A DNA stretch of 64,000 nucleotides. It comes from Candidatus Falkowbacteria bacterium (GTDB lineage: Bacteria; Patescibacteriota; Patescibacteriia; Patescibacteriales; UBA12465). Within the stretch, counting starts at the first letter, position 1. The number at the start of each line of letters is the position of its first letter. The notes under the pieces were generated by a model. That model had not been told where the DNA came from. It was given only the letters and a program-made list of their open reading frames with translations, and made no database searches. Where the stretch lies: positions 935 through 64,934 of the forward strand of contig JBAXLJ010000002.1 of assembly GCA_037134915.1 (NCBI GenBank). Direction: 5' to 3'. This document shows, piece by piece, positions 43,041 through 52,985 of this stretch. The position numbers and the translations under genes were made by a program.

Positions 43041-43081
43041 AAATAATTTATTTTTAAAATAATTTATTTTTATGGTATAAT
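43041..43081 (+). promoter_or_regulatory. Promoter of the giant adhesin gene: two exact tandem 16-nt AT-rich repeats followed by an extended -10 (TGgTATAAT)
   Basis: aaataatttattttta at 43041-56 and again at 43057-72, then tg-g-tataat (TATAAT at 43076-81). Confidence 0.6.
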
Positions 43082-43157
43082 TTTATATTATAAATATTAA
43101 AATTTGTTAGTTTTTTTATATTTTTATTTTATGTTAAAAGCTTGTAATCTATTTTTT

Positions 43158-46100
43158 ATGCAAAAAGAAAAACTTAAAAATTGTATAAATATCTTAATAT
43201 TTTTTACTTTTTTGTTGTTTTTTCCTTTTGTGACCAATGCGGCAACGGTGCTAACTGAAAATTTTACCGGAACAACGATCGATACAAATAAATGGACTGA
43301 GTATGACGCCGGTGGTATCGGCGGCACTACCGGTAACGTTCAACAAAATGATGTCTTGTCTATTACAGGCGATGGCACTTGGAATCATAATGGCTTAAAA
43401 TCGGTTCAAACTTTCGATAGAAGTAAGGGCGATATTATTATTGAAGGCGATTGGCAGTTAAATAATTCTTGTGCTTCAGATTATACGGCCCCTTCTTTAG
43501 GTGTTATTTATGGCGATATGATAAGTGGGTTTAATCAAGAAGATGGGGCTCTTTCCCTAATTTATTATGGTGGGTCATTCCGTTTATTCAACACATCTGG
43601 AACATTCGTTTTAGATACTCAAGTTGCTTGTATTCCTAATACAACAGTTCATTATAAATTTGTCGTTAAACAAGCCGGCGGTGTAGATGTTTATTTAAAC
43701 GGAAGTCTCACCCCTAATGGGTCTATGTCGGCCGCTGATGCCCCGAATACTTACACAAATAAACCTATCTCTTTGCAACAAAAATCGGGTGGAACTAACC
43801 CCACTATTAGTCTCGATAATATTACGGTATCAGTTAGTGACTCCCCGTCTATTCCTGCTAATCTAGCGGCTACCCCCGCCTCTGGTCAAGTAACTCTTAA
43901 CTGGACGGCTCCAAGTAGCGTCGGTTCAGCACTCACTGATTATCAAATCGAATATAAACTTACCAGCGAGCCTACTGTATGGACAACATATGGTCATGCA
44001 GCGTCAACTTCAACCTCGGTCATAGTAGGCGGCCTTTTAAATGGCGAATCTTATGATTTTCGAGTATCGGGTATAAACGGCATGGGGACAGGAAGTCCTT
44101 CTGACGCTATTTCATCAACTCCAAATCTTTACGTTTCCTCAGCTCCTTATGATCTAGTTTCTAGTTTTGGTTCTAATAATCATATTAATTTGTCATGGAC
44201 CGCACCCTTGTCAAATGGTGGGGCAAGTATCACTGATTATTTAGTGGAATATAAATTATCTACTGAGCCTACTGTCTGGACTACCTTTGTAGATGGTGTA
44301 TCTACGTCTACTTCAGCTACTGTTGTTGGACTTACAAGTGATATGATCTATGATTTTCGAGTTTCGGCCATAAATTCTGTAGGCACAGGTCCAGCTTCAA
44401 ACACCACAACTAAAAAGGCGGGAGCTTATTTACTCTATGATGATTTTACTGGAACTACAATAGATTCAAGCAAATGGACGGAATATGATTCGGCAACAGG
44501 AGGAAGCGGTGGAACGACTGGCAAAGTTCAACAAAATGGTGCCGTAGACATAGTTGGAACATTTGCCTGGAATACCAATGCTTTAAAATCCGTTAAAACT
44601 TTTGATAGAAGCACCGGAGATATTATTATAGAAGGCGATTGGACAATCAATGATTGTTCTTCGGAAATAGGTGAAAATAGTGCAATTTCCTTTGGAGATT
44701 GGGTTACAAATGGCACTGTGGTAAATGGATCATTATTTTTTAAATATGCCAACGGATTTTTTAAATTATTCTATTGGCCATCAGCTGTTTCTTCTGAGAT
44801 TTCATGTACAAGTGGCGTCCCTACACACATAAAGGAAGTTATAAGACAGGCCGGAGGGATGGATGTGTATCTAAATAATAGCAGCACCGCCGCCCTTTCC
44901 CTTACTGCCGGTCAAGCACCAAATACTTGGAATAATGAACCTATAGTTTTGCAACAATCTAATAGTTCGGGTGCGAGTTTTGATAATTTAACTGTATCAA
45001 ATTCAGGTTATACAGTTCCAGATAAAACAACAGGATTAACGGCAACCCCTAGAGATAATCAGGTGGAGTTATCTTGGATTACGCCAGCCGATGGGGGAGA
45101 TGCTATTACTGATTATCTTGTTCAGTATAAACTTTCTTCCGAGCCAACTACCTGGATAACATTTTCTCATAACGTTTCTACTTCAACTACTAACTTCGTT
45201 ACTGGTCTTATAAGTGGCTCAAGCTATGATTTTAAAGTGTCGGCGGTGAATATAAACGGAGTAGGCCCTTCTTCGGATTCAGCAACTGCCACCCCAATAC
45301 AGAGCGCTCCTTCTGCTCCACAGAATCTATCGGCAGGAAATGCGGTTAGTAATCAGATTGATCTAACTTGGGAGGCTCCGGTATCAAATGGTGGAAAAAG
45401 TATTACTAATTATTTAGTGGAATATAAATTAACTTCAGAGCCTACTTTCTGGACCACATTTGCACATGGAGTTTCTACTACTACAAATATTTCAGTTACA
45501 GGCCTTACAAACGGAGTAAGTTATGATTTTAGGGTTTCTGCTGTAAATAGTAACGGATCAGGAACTTTTTCTTCTATCGTAACAATACCAACGGTCAATT
45601 CTACTCCGACCGCTCCGATTGCAAGTGAGGTTAATATTACAGGACAATCACACGTTTCTGAGTATTTGCTTGGATCATATATTTATTCTGATCCGAATGC
45701 TGACCCTGAGGGGGCGACTACTTTTCGTTGGCTTAGCTCAAATACATTAGGGGGCACATATTTACCGATTTCTGGGGCCACAAGCACTAACTACACTGTT
45801 AGATCAGAAGATTTAAATAACTATTTAAAGCTTGAAGTAACACCAGTTTCAACTATTGCTCCATTTACAGGAACACCAGTTTTAAGCAACGCCATCGGCC
45901 CGATTACAGCGGCAAATTATATTTATCATATACTTTCTACTGGACAGAGTTTGTCTCTGGGGTATGCTGGTTCTCCTGTCCTTTCAACTACTCAACCATA
46001 TAATAATAAAATGTTAGATGGGACCGATACCGATCCCGGAACTAATCTTGTACCACTAGTAGAATCTAGTAATGAGACGCCAGCTTCTGCTATGGGTAAC

Positions 46101-49100
46101 GGAATTACTTTTCAAAACGGTGTTCAAACTGTTGTTACAAGACATGGTGTAGGGGGGACGGCCTATCAAGGCCTCAAAAAGGGAACCGCTCCATATGAAA
46201 ATGGTATACAACAGATGATAAATGTTAGAAATGCGGCAACTTTACTTGGAAAAACTTCCCAAGTAATGGGTATTACCACCGTTCATGGAGAAACTGATAA
46301 TGTTTCTGGTAATTCTCCTTACTATGAAGGTTACTTAGCTGAATGGCAACGCGATTATGAGGCAGATATTAAAGCTATAAATGGTCAGTCTGGAACTATA
46401 CCGATGTTTACAGACCAGATGGATTCATGGACTACTTACGGGTATGCTACTTCTTCTATTCCTGAGGCTCAATTAGCTGCATCAGAAGATTATCCTGGGA
46501 AGATAGTGCTTGTTGGTCCTAAATATTTTTTAACTTACGCAACTGGCCCACACTTAACGGATACCAGCTACAGAATGCTCGGAGAATATTATGCAAAAGT
46601 TATGAAGAAGGTTTTTTTTGATAAAGTCTTATGGAGACCTCTTTCGCCCGACTCAACACAACTGATTGGGAATGTAATATATGCAAAATTCCACGTACCA
46701 GAGGGGGTACTTGCGTTTGATACAAACATTGTTAAGGAGAATACTAACTATGGTTTTGAGTATTACGATAATGCTTCTTCGGCGACAATTAGCTCCGTTT
46801 CAATAATGAATTCGGATACCGTTAAAATAACATTAAGCAATATTCCAACAGGCGGAAATCAACGATTACGATATGCATATACGGGGGTAGCAAATGCTAC
46901 CGCCGGAGCGCAATCCGACGGATCCCCCCGTGGTAATCTGCGTGATACAGATCCAGAGGTTTCTCTTTCGGGAAGCAATCTTTATGATTGGGCCGTTCAT
47001 TTTGATAAAGCAATAACTTCAGTGACAGATACAACCTCGCCGGTCGTTACCCAATTTAATGTGTCTGCCACTTCTTCTTCATTAACTGTTCCGATAGGTT
47101 CATTTACGGCTAGCGATGATTATTACGTCACTGGTTACTTACTAACCGAATCATCCTCCACTCCGCTAGTTAGTGATGCTGGTTGGTCGATTGCGGCCCC
47201 AACTTCATATATTTTTTCAACTCAAGGGCCAAAGACTTTATATGCTTGGGCTAAAGATGCTGCTGGCAATATTTCCGCCTCGATGAGTGCTTCACTGACA
47301 GTTACTATTAATGCCAACGCCTTTACATTCACTGGCCCAACTTCAGGTAATGTAAATAGTACTTCAACTATTTTTACCATCACGCCAAACAATTATTATG
47401 CTGGGACAATTACGGTTACTCCATCGGGATCAGGAAGCTCGGGTTTATCAGCTATAGTTCTAAATTTTTCAAGTGCTGCCGCTCAAACATTTACTATTAC
47501 TCCGGCTAGCAGTGGAACTATTACGCTCACCCCGACAAATAGTGGCGGTTTAACCAATCCGGCAAATATCGTTTACACCTCTAATGAGATACCTCCTGAT
47601 GATGCTGCGCCGGTAGTATCATTAATTTCTGCTAGCTCAATATCTACTGCTTCGGAGTCTATTACTTGGTTGACTAATATTTTGTCTTCTAGCCGGGTTG
47701 ATTATGGCCTTACTGATAGTTATGGGTCTCTAACGGCAGAAGCAGATGTCTCGCCGGCGGGAGTGGTTAGTCATACCGTCGTGCTTTCAGGTTTAGTTCC
47801 GTGTACTACTTATCACTATAGTATTTATTCAAATAGTAGTTTGAATTTATTTACTAAGAGCTCTGACAATTACTTTACAACCTCTGGCTGTGTTGGTGGC
47901 GCAACTATTATAGAGGGCTCAATGAATAATATCGCCGTTGCTACTGGCGGAAATATTAATCTTATAACAAATGGCCAAGGAATTAACTTAGTTGTTCCTA
48001 TAAATTTTGGAGTAACTGATGCAAATTTTCAGATTAAAAAGTTAAATGAAAGCACTACAGTTGCGTCAACCTCTGTTCCAGTGGGCTATCTAAATATAGG
48101 CTCTTATGTTTATGAAATGAAAGCCCTAAGTTCCAGTGGGACTGTTATGTCAACTTTTGATAACCCTTTAACTGTTTCGCTGACTTACACACCCTCTGAT
48201 GTTTCAGGGAAAGATGAGACAAGTTTAAAAATCTATAGATGGGATGGAGTAAATTGGAATGAGCTGTCTAACTGCAGTGTAGACACTAATTTAAAAAAAG
48301 TAACATGTAGCACTAATCATTTTTCTGTATTTGGATTATTTGGGCGGGCCACCGTAACTTATTCCGGCGGCGGAGGCGGCGGTAGTTTAGGGGGAGGGAG
48401 CAGTTCTTTATGTTCCATTACTTATGATGGTAACGGCTCTATTTCTGGTACAGTGCCGACCGTTAATTATGTTATTTCTGGTTCAAACATTATCCTGGCC
48501 GATAACAAAGGTTCGCTAACCAGACCAAAATATGTCTTTAGTGGTTGGAATACGACCGCTGACGGCTCTGGAACAAAGTACTCTCCCGGTGCGCTTCTGA
48601 AAATTGAGTCTAATATAAAACTTTATTCCCAGTGGATTTTGGCTACCACTAGTGATAGCGTTATCAGTAATTCTTCTTCTGGTTCTTTGCCAAATATCAT
48701 TATCAGCCCCTCTGCTTCTAGTTCTTCAACTGTCGTTACCAGCAAAACGAAGATTCCAGCTTCCTTCCGCTTTACTAAAAATTTAAAATTTGGTTTGAAA
48801 GATAAAGAAGTTCTTTATCTCCAGTATTTCCTTATTAACTATGGTTATGATATTGCAAGTCCAAATAGCTATTTTGGTGTCAAAACAAAAGCGGCGCTAA
48901 TAAAGTTCCAAAAAGATTATGGTCTAAGTCCGGAATATCAAACGGGCGCTTTCTATGTTAAGACCAGAGAACTTGTAAATAATTTATTGGTCAAGAAAAA
49001 TATTTCCGCAAAGCCAACTATTATCAGCCCCTCTGCTTCTAGTTCTTCAACTGTCGTTACCAGCAAAACGAAGATTCCAGCTTCCTTCCGCTTTACTAAA

Positions 49101-49325
49101 AATTTAAAATTTGGTTTGAAAGATAAAGAAGTTCTTTATCTCCAGTATTTCCTTATTAACTATGGTTATGATATTGCAAGTCCAAATAGCTATTTTGGTG
49201 TCAAAACAAAAGCGGCGCTAATAAAGTTCCAAAAAGATTATGGTCTAAGTCCGGAATATCAAACGGGCGCTTTCTATGTTAAGACCAGAGAACTTGTAAA
49301 TAATTTATTGGTTGTTAGTAGATAA
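43158..49325 (+). CDS. Giant (~2055 aa) secreted multidomain protein: 2x LamG/lectin-like, 5x FN3, SGNH/SASA-like esterase-like domain, Ig/FN3-like modules, poly-Gly, Listeria-Bacteroides (Flg_new) repeat, 2x peptidoglycan-binding domain
   Basis: The ATG at 43158 gives the signal peptide MQKEKLKNCINILIFFTFLLFFPFVTNA. The track's TTG at 43104 and the ATG at 43131 are alternatives. FN3 units read P..L.A......V.L.W..P...G..ITDY.VEYK....P..WTT......ST...V.GL..G..YDFRVSA.N..G.G. YHILSTGQSLSLG ... VHGETDN fits an esterase-like domain. FSGWNT..DGSG..Y fits Flg_new. Two identical copies of LKFGLKDKEVLYLQYFLINYGY....YFGVKTKAALIKFQKDYGL fit PG_binding_1-like domains. Confidence 0.85.
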   Translation: MQKEKLKNCINILIFFTFLLFFPFVTNAATVLTENFTGTTIDTNKWTEYDAGGIGGTTGNVQQNDVLSITGDGTWNHNGLKSVQTFDRSKGDIIIEGDWQLNNSCASDYTAPSLGVIYGDMISGFNQEDGALSLIYYGGSFRLFNTSGTFVLDTQVACIPNTTVHYKFVVKQAGGVDVYLNGSLTPNGSMSAADAPNTYTNKPISLQQKSGGTNPTISLDNITVSVSDSPSIPANLAATPASGQVTLNWTAPSSVGSALTDYQIEYKLTSEPTVWTTYGHAASTSTSVIVGGLLNGESYDFRVSGINGMGTGSPSDAISSTPNLYVSSAPYDLVSSFGSNNHINLSWTAPLSNGGASITDYLVEYKLSTEPTVWTTFVDGVSTSTSATVVGLTSDMIYDFRVSAINSVGTGPASNTTTKKAGAYLLYDDFTGTTIDSSKWTEYDSATGGSGGTTGKVQQNGAVDIVGTFAWNTNALKSVKTFDRSTGDIIIEGDWTINDCSSEIGENSAISFGDWVTNGTVVNGSLFFKYANGFFKLFYWPSAVSSEISCTSGVPTHIKEVIRQAGGMDVYLNNSSTAALSLTAGQAPNTWNNEPIVLQQSNSSGASFDNLTVSNSGYTVPDKTTGLTATPRDNQVELSWITPADGGDAITDYLVQYKLSSEPTTWITFSHNVSTSTTNFVTGLISGSSYDFKVSAVNINGVGPSSDSATATPIQSAPSAPQNLSAGNAVSNQIDLTWEAPVSNGGKSITNYLVEYKLTSEPTFWTTFAHGVSTTTNISVTGLTNGVSYDFRVSAVNSNGSGTFSSIVTIPTVNSTPTAPIASEVNITGQSHVSEYLLGSYIYSDPNADPEGATTFRWLSSNTLGGTYLPISGATSTNYTVRSEDLNNYLKLEVTPVSTIAPFTGTPVLSNAIGPITAANYIYHILSTGQSLSLGYAGSPVLSTTQPYNNKMLDGTDTDPGTNLVPLVESSNETPASAMGNGITFQNGVQTVVTRHGVGGTAYQGLKKGTAPYENGIQQMINVRNAATLLGKTSQVMGITTVHGETDNVSGNSPYYEGYLAEWQRDYEADIKAINGQSGTIPMFTDQMDSWTTYGYATSSIPEAQLAASEDYPGKIVLVGPKYFLTYATGPHLTDTSYRMLGEYYAKVMKKVFFDKVLWRPLSPDSTQLIGNVIYAKFHVPEGVLAFDTNIVKENTNYGFEYYDNASSATISSVSIMNSDTVKITLSNIPTGGNQRLRYAYTGVANATAGAQSDGSPRGNLRDTDPEVSLSGSNLYDWAVHFDKAITSVTDTTSPVVTQFNVSATSSSLTVPIGSFTASDDYYVTGYLLTESSSTPLVSDAGWSIAAPTSYIFSTQGPKTLYAWAKDAAGNISASMSASLTVTINANAFTFTGPTSGNVNSTSTIFTITPNNYYAGTITVTPSGSGSSGLSAIVLNFSSAAAQTFTITPASSGTITLTPTNSGGLTNPANIVYTSNEIPPDDAAPVVSLISASSISTASESITWLTNILSSSRVDYGLTDSYGSLTAEADVSPAGVVSHTVVLSGLVPCTTYHYSIYSNSSLNLFTKSSDNYFTTSGCVGGATIIEGSMNNIAVATGGNINLITNGQGINLVVPINFGVTDANFQIKKLNESTTVASTSVPVGYLNIGSYVYEMKALSSSGTVMSTFDNPLTVSLTYTPSDVSGKDETSLKIYRWDGVNWNELSNCSVDTNLKKVTCSTNHFSVFGLFGRATVTYSGGGGGGSLGGGSSSLCSITYDGNGSISGTVPTVNYVISGSNIILADNKGSLTRPKYVFSGWNTTADGSGTKYSPGALLKIESNIKLYSQWILATTSDSVISNSSSGSLPNIIISPSASSSSTVVTSKTKIPASFRFTKNLKFGLKDKEVLYLQYFLINYGYDIASPNSYFGVKTKAALIKFQKDYGLSPEYQTGAFYVKTRELVNNLLVKKNISAKPTIISPSASSSSTVVTSKTKIPASFRFTKNLKFGLKDKEVLYLQYFLINYGYDIASPNSYFGVKTKAALIKFQKDYGLSPEYQTGAFYVKTRELVNNLLVVSR
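48699..49312 (+). repeat. Perfect tandem duplication, period 321 bp (293 bp identical: 48699-48991 and 49020-49312)
   Basis: Base-by-base comparison of the two stretches shows no differences. Each encodes the Ser-rich linker plus the peptidoglycan-binding domain. Confidence 0.9.
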
Positions 49326-49478
49326 AGTTTTATACTATTGCCACAGTAGTAATATTTTAGTGGCTAAGTTTCTCTTCTTGGTGAAAGCTAAAATTATTTG
49401 GGTTTTCATTAGCTTTTTTTCGGCCGGCCTTTTAATTTCCGGTTATTTTTGCTATAATGAAGGATAATATTTAAATAT

Positions 49479-50147
49479 ATGACTAATCAAATAAATTTTG
49501 TAAATACTTCCGACATCACTTTAGCGGCTGATTTTATTGCCGATTTAGTGATTGATAAATTAAAACTTAACCAGCGTGTTTTGTGGTTAGTGCCTGGCGG
49601 CTCATCAATTAGTGTCGCCGCTCTCGCCGCTGAGAAAATAGCAAAATACGATCATCATAAATTAACCGTGACTCTGACCGATGAAAGATATGGCTCTTTA
49701 GATCACCCAGACTCTAATTGGCGTCAGCTTCGAGAAGCTGGTTTTTTCTTACCAGAAGCTAAACTAATCCCAGTACTAGTTAACGATGATTTTTTAACGA
49801 GTGCCCAAAATTTTGCGATTAATTTAGAGCGAGCCTTTTTAAATAATGATTATGTCGTCGGCTTCTTTGGTATTGGCCCAGACGGACATACGGCCGGTAT
49901 CTTACCTGGTAGCCCAGCTATTACTGCTTCAGAGCTAACTTGTGCCTATGATGCTGGCAATTTTAAACGCATCACGATTACGCCGAAAGCCATTGCCCAT
50001 TTAAATGAAGCCATCGTTTTTGCTCAAGGCGAATTTAAGTGGCCGATTTTAAAACAATTAAATCAAGAGCTACCTCTAACTACGCAACCGGCTCAAGTTT
50101 TAAAAACGCTTAAAAAATTAACAATCTTTTCTGATTATCAAAATTAA
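49479..50147 (+). CDS. pgl: 6-phosphogluconolactonase
   Basis: VPGGSS near the N terminus and FGIGPDGHTAGILPGSP. Directly upstream of gnd. Confidence 0.8.
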   Translation: MTNQINFVNTSDITLAADFIADLVIDKLKLNQRVLWLVPGGSSISVAALAAEKIAKYDHHKLTVTLTDERYGSLDHPDSNWRQLREAGFFLPEAKLIPVLVNDDFLTSAQNFAINLERAFLNNDYVVGFFGIGPDGHTAGILPGSPAITASELTCAYDAGNFKRITITPKAIAHLNEAIVFAQGEFKWPILKQLNQELPLTTQPAQVLKTLKKLTIFSDYQN

Positions 50148-50153
50148 AAATAT

Positions 50154-51056
50154 ATGAAAATAGCAATTAGTGGTTTAGGCCGCATGGGCGGACAAATCGC
50201 TCGTAAGTTAATTGAGAGTGGGGAAGTCGTCGTTGCTCACAACCGTAGCTTAGAGCCGATAAAAGAACTCACTGCCTTAGGAGCAATTCCGGCTTATTCT
50301 CGGGAGGCGCTAGTTAAAGCTTTCGGAGCGGAAACGCCAATTATTTGGCTGATGGTTCCGGCAGAAATTGTCGCCTCAGAAATAAGTGAATGGTTAAAGA
50401 TATTACCTCAAAATAGTATTATTATTGATGGGGGCAATTCTGATTTTAGAAATACTAAAGAGCACGCCAAGTTAGTGGCCGCTCAGGGTTCCAGTTTGCT
50501 TGATATCGGCACCAGTGGTGGTGTTTGGGGTTATCAAAATGGTTTTTCAATGATGGTTGGCGGAGAATCAAAAGCTTTTAGAATTGTGGAACCGTTTTTG
50601 AAGATTCTCGCCCGCCCGGAGGGTGATTATAAATTTTTTGGTGAATCTGGCTCCGGTCATTATGTTAAAATGGTTCATAATGCTATTGAATATGGCATGA
50701 TGGAAAGCTTGGCTGAAGGTTATCATCTGTTAAAAGAAGGACCCTATAAAAATTTAGATTTAGCGGCGGCCGGCGAAGTCTGGCAGCATCACAGCGTGAT
50801 TACTTCTTGGCTTAATGAATTATCCCGCGACGCTTTACAAGAAAATCCTGAGCTAAGCGGCATCGATGGTTATGTGGCGGAATCCGGTGAAGCGCGTTGG
50901 GCACTTGAGGCGGCCGAAGAGCATAATATTGAAATGCCTTCGATTCAGGCTTCTTTTGTGGTTCGCTTGAAATCGCAAAAAGGGGAAATAAATTTTGCGA
51001 CCAAATTGCTCGCAGCAATGAGAAATGCTTTTGGTGGTCATAAAATTAATCAGTAA
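50154..51056 (+). CDS. gnd: 6-phosphogluconate dehydrogenase, decarboxylating (short form)
   Basis: MKIAISGLGRMGGQIARKL (Rossmann fold), GSGHYVKMVHNAIEYGMMESLAEGY. 300 aa. Confidence 0.85.
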   Translation: MKIAISGLGRMGGQIARKLIESGEVVVAHNRSLEPIKELTALGAIPAYSREALVKAFGAETPIIWLMVPAEIVASEISEWLKILPQNSIIIDGGNSDFRNTKEHAKLVAAQGSSLLDIGTSGGVWGYQNGFSMMVGGESKAFRIVEPFLKILARPEGDYKFFGESGSGHYVKMVHNAIEYGMMESLAEGYHLLKEGPYKNLDLAAAGEVWQHHSVITSWLNELSRDALQENPELSGIDGYVAESGEARWALEAAEEHNIEMPSIQASFVVRLKSQKGEINFATKLLAAMRNAFGGHKINQ

Positions 51057-51071
51057 TTTAGAAACCAAGAG

Positions 51072-51099
51072 GCCGCTAGTTTTAAACTGGCGGCTTTTT
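51072..51099 (+). terminator. gnd terminator
   Basis: gccgctag / ctggcggc stem (one G-U pair) plus TTTTT. Confidence 0.7.
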
Positions 51100-51172
51100 G
51101 TTTGCTCTTGAATTAACTTAAAAGGCTTGCTATAATAACCTTTCTTAAAAATTATTAAAATTATTTAATTAT

Positions 51173-51754
51173 ATGGCTAGATATCCTAAAACAACCTTGA
51201 GGAATCGGCAGCGATTCGGCTTAGCCGCTGAAAGCGAAAGCATTCGCCGCCGCAATCAAATAAAACCCAGAAAGTCCGCTTATGGCGAAAGATTAGAGCA
51301 AAAACAAAAACTTAAATTTATTTATGGGGTAGCTGAACGGCAAATGAAGCGTTATGCTAAAGAAGCTTTTAATAGTAAAAATGATCCCCAAATTGATTTA
51401 TTACAGAAATTAGAAACTAGATTAGATAACGTTGTTTATCGTTTGGGCTTTGGCAAAACTAGGGAACAAGCACGACAACTAGTTAATCATGGTCACATTT
51501 TAGTTGATAACGAAAAAGTTGATATTCCATCTTACTTGTTAAAACCTGGTCAAGAAATTAGCTTACGTAGTAAAAGCTTAAAGAATAAGGCTATCTCTGA
51601 GCAGATTGAAGCTAATCGCAAAGAACTGTCTCCAGTTGGCTATTTAGAATATAAAGTGAGCGCTGGTCGTTTCTTGTCACAGCCAGGAAAAATTGATTTG
51701 GCCAATAATGTGGATATCTCTAAAGTTTTAGAATCTTATCACAACTTAGTCTAA
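51173..51754 (+). CDS. rpsD: 30S ribosomal protein S4
   Basis: LKFIYGVAERQMKRY, and the S4 domain RLDNVVYRLGFGKTREQARQLVNHGHILVDNEKV. Confidence 0.95.
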   Translation: MARYPKTTLRNRQRFGLAAESESIRRRNQIKPRKSAYGERLEQKQKLKFIYGVAERQMKRYAKEAFNSKNDPQIDLLQKLETRLDNVVYRLGFGKTREQARQLVNHGHILVDNEKVDIPSYLLKPGQEISLRSKSLKNKAISEQIEANRKELSPVGYLEYKVSAGRFLSQPGKIDLANNVDISKVLESYHNLV

Positions 51755-51775
51755 TTTGAACTTAGGGGCGCTCTT

Positions 51776-51804
51776 AAAAAATAAGGTTAAAAGCCTTATT
51801 TTTT
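51776..51804 (+). terminator. rpsD terminator
   Basis: aaaaaataagg / ccttatttttt stem. It overlaps the track's TTG start at 51803, which argues against that start. Confidence 0.8.
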
Positions 51805-51898
51805 GTTGTTTAAAATTATATTATTGACTCAAATTAAAAATGGTTGTATTGTTTGGTTGCTTATTTATAGTCCTTTGAAAAATTTAAAAAAAAGAAAA

Positions 51899-52903
51899 AT
51901 GGAAAAATCAGTCAAAGAGTATTTTGGTCTCGGCTCGGTTCCAGTAGGAATTGGCGCCGTACTTAAGGGGTGGGATTTTACTTCTGAAGAATTCAAAGAT
52001 AAAAATCGTTTATCAGTCGTTGATTTTAGAGCCATGGCTCCGATCTGTTATCATAATTGTTTCCATTGTTTTACCGATAAGTCCGCTAAGAGTCTTAAAA
52101 TTTCCGAAATTAAAAGAGTTATCAGTGAAATAGTCGAAATGAAGGGTCGCTCAATTAATTTTTTAGGTGAAGGCGAGCCAACTCTTGATCCTAATTTTTT
52201 TGAGATTATTATTTTTGCCTCTCTTTTAGGAGTAACTCCAATTGTTTTTACCGACGGCGCTACCAGGTTAAGAAACCCAGAATTTGTTAAACGCTTAAAG
52301 TCGTATGGAGTTAGTATCTGTCTAAAATGTGATAGTATTTTTAATGAAGATTATCAAAATTGGGTGGTCAGAGACCGCCACGATAAATACTTTTCTCAGC
52401 GCAACGATTCCCTAAGACTTCTGATGAAGGAAGGCTTTAATGAGAAATTAAGCGACGGCAATACCCGACTTGGTTTTGATATGGTGGTTTCGACTCGTAA
52501 TATTGCCGAGGTCCCCGAAACCTTACGTTTTTGTCGGCAGCATAATATTTGGGTAGTTTTTGCTTCCTATTTGCCGGCCGGACGTAGTGGCCAAGGAAGT
52601 TTTGACAAAAAACTCACGCCGTCAGCCGAACAGCTGCGTAAAATGCGCCAACTGATTTATCAGATTGATAAGGAGGAATTTGGCTTCGATCATCATATTT
52701 GGAATAACTTTGCCACCACTCCTTGTGTGGAAAGATTACAAATTTATGGTGATGGTCGCGTATCACCTTGTCCCGGGAATGAAAAAATAATCGGTAATGT
52801 CCGAATTAATTCCATTAAAAGTTTGCACGAAAAAATTCTCAAAGAATTTCCGTGCCACGATCCGGAATTATTTTCTGGAAATTGCCCCTATCGTCCTAAG
52901 TAA
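51899..52903 (+). CDS. Radical SAM enzyme with a Cys-rich (SPASM/twitch-like) C terminus
   Basis: CYHNCFHCF (CxxxCxxC), GEGEPTL. C-terminal C(V)ERL...GRVSPCPG ... PCHD...GNCPY. ATG at 51899 (MEKSVKEYF). Confidence 0.75.
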   Translation: MEKSVKEYFGLGSVPVGIGAVLKGWDFTSEEFKDKNRLSVVDFRAMAPICYHNCFHCFTDKSAKSLKISEIKRVISEIVEMKGRSINFLGEGEPTLDPNFFEIIIFASLLGVTPIVFTDGATRLRNPEFVKRLKSYGVSICLKCDSIFNEDYQNWVVRDRHDKYFSQRNDSLRLLMKEGFNEKLSDGNTRLGFDMVVSTRNIAEVPETLRFCRQHNIWVVFASYLPAGRSGQGSFDKKLTPSAEQLRKMRQLIYQIDKEEFGFDHHIWNNFATTPCVERLQIYGDGRVSPCPGNEKIIGNVRINSIKSLHEKILKEFPCHDPELFSGNCPYRPK

Positions 52904-52916
52904 TTAGTATTAACAG

Positions 52917-52947
52917 GAGTCCTCTAAAAAAGAGGACTCTTTTTTTG
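52917..52947 (+). terminator. Terminator after the radical SAM gene
   Basis: gagtcctc / gaggactc stem plus TTTTTTT. Confidence 0.85.
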
Positions 52948-52985
52948 TTGACTCGGAGCTATTTTCGCGGTATTTTATTAGTATT

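Noticed and set aside
51803-51898. N-terminal extensions from TTG/GTG starts given by the ORF track (51803, 57843, 43104, 26913, 27566, 26493, 30983, 18090, 49).
   Set aside because: Each extension overlaps an upstream terminator, promoter hexamer or repeat. An in-frame ATG with a better context (signal peptide, RBS or conserved N terminus) lies downstream. For nt 49 the ORF actually continues upstream off the window.
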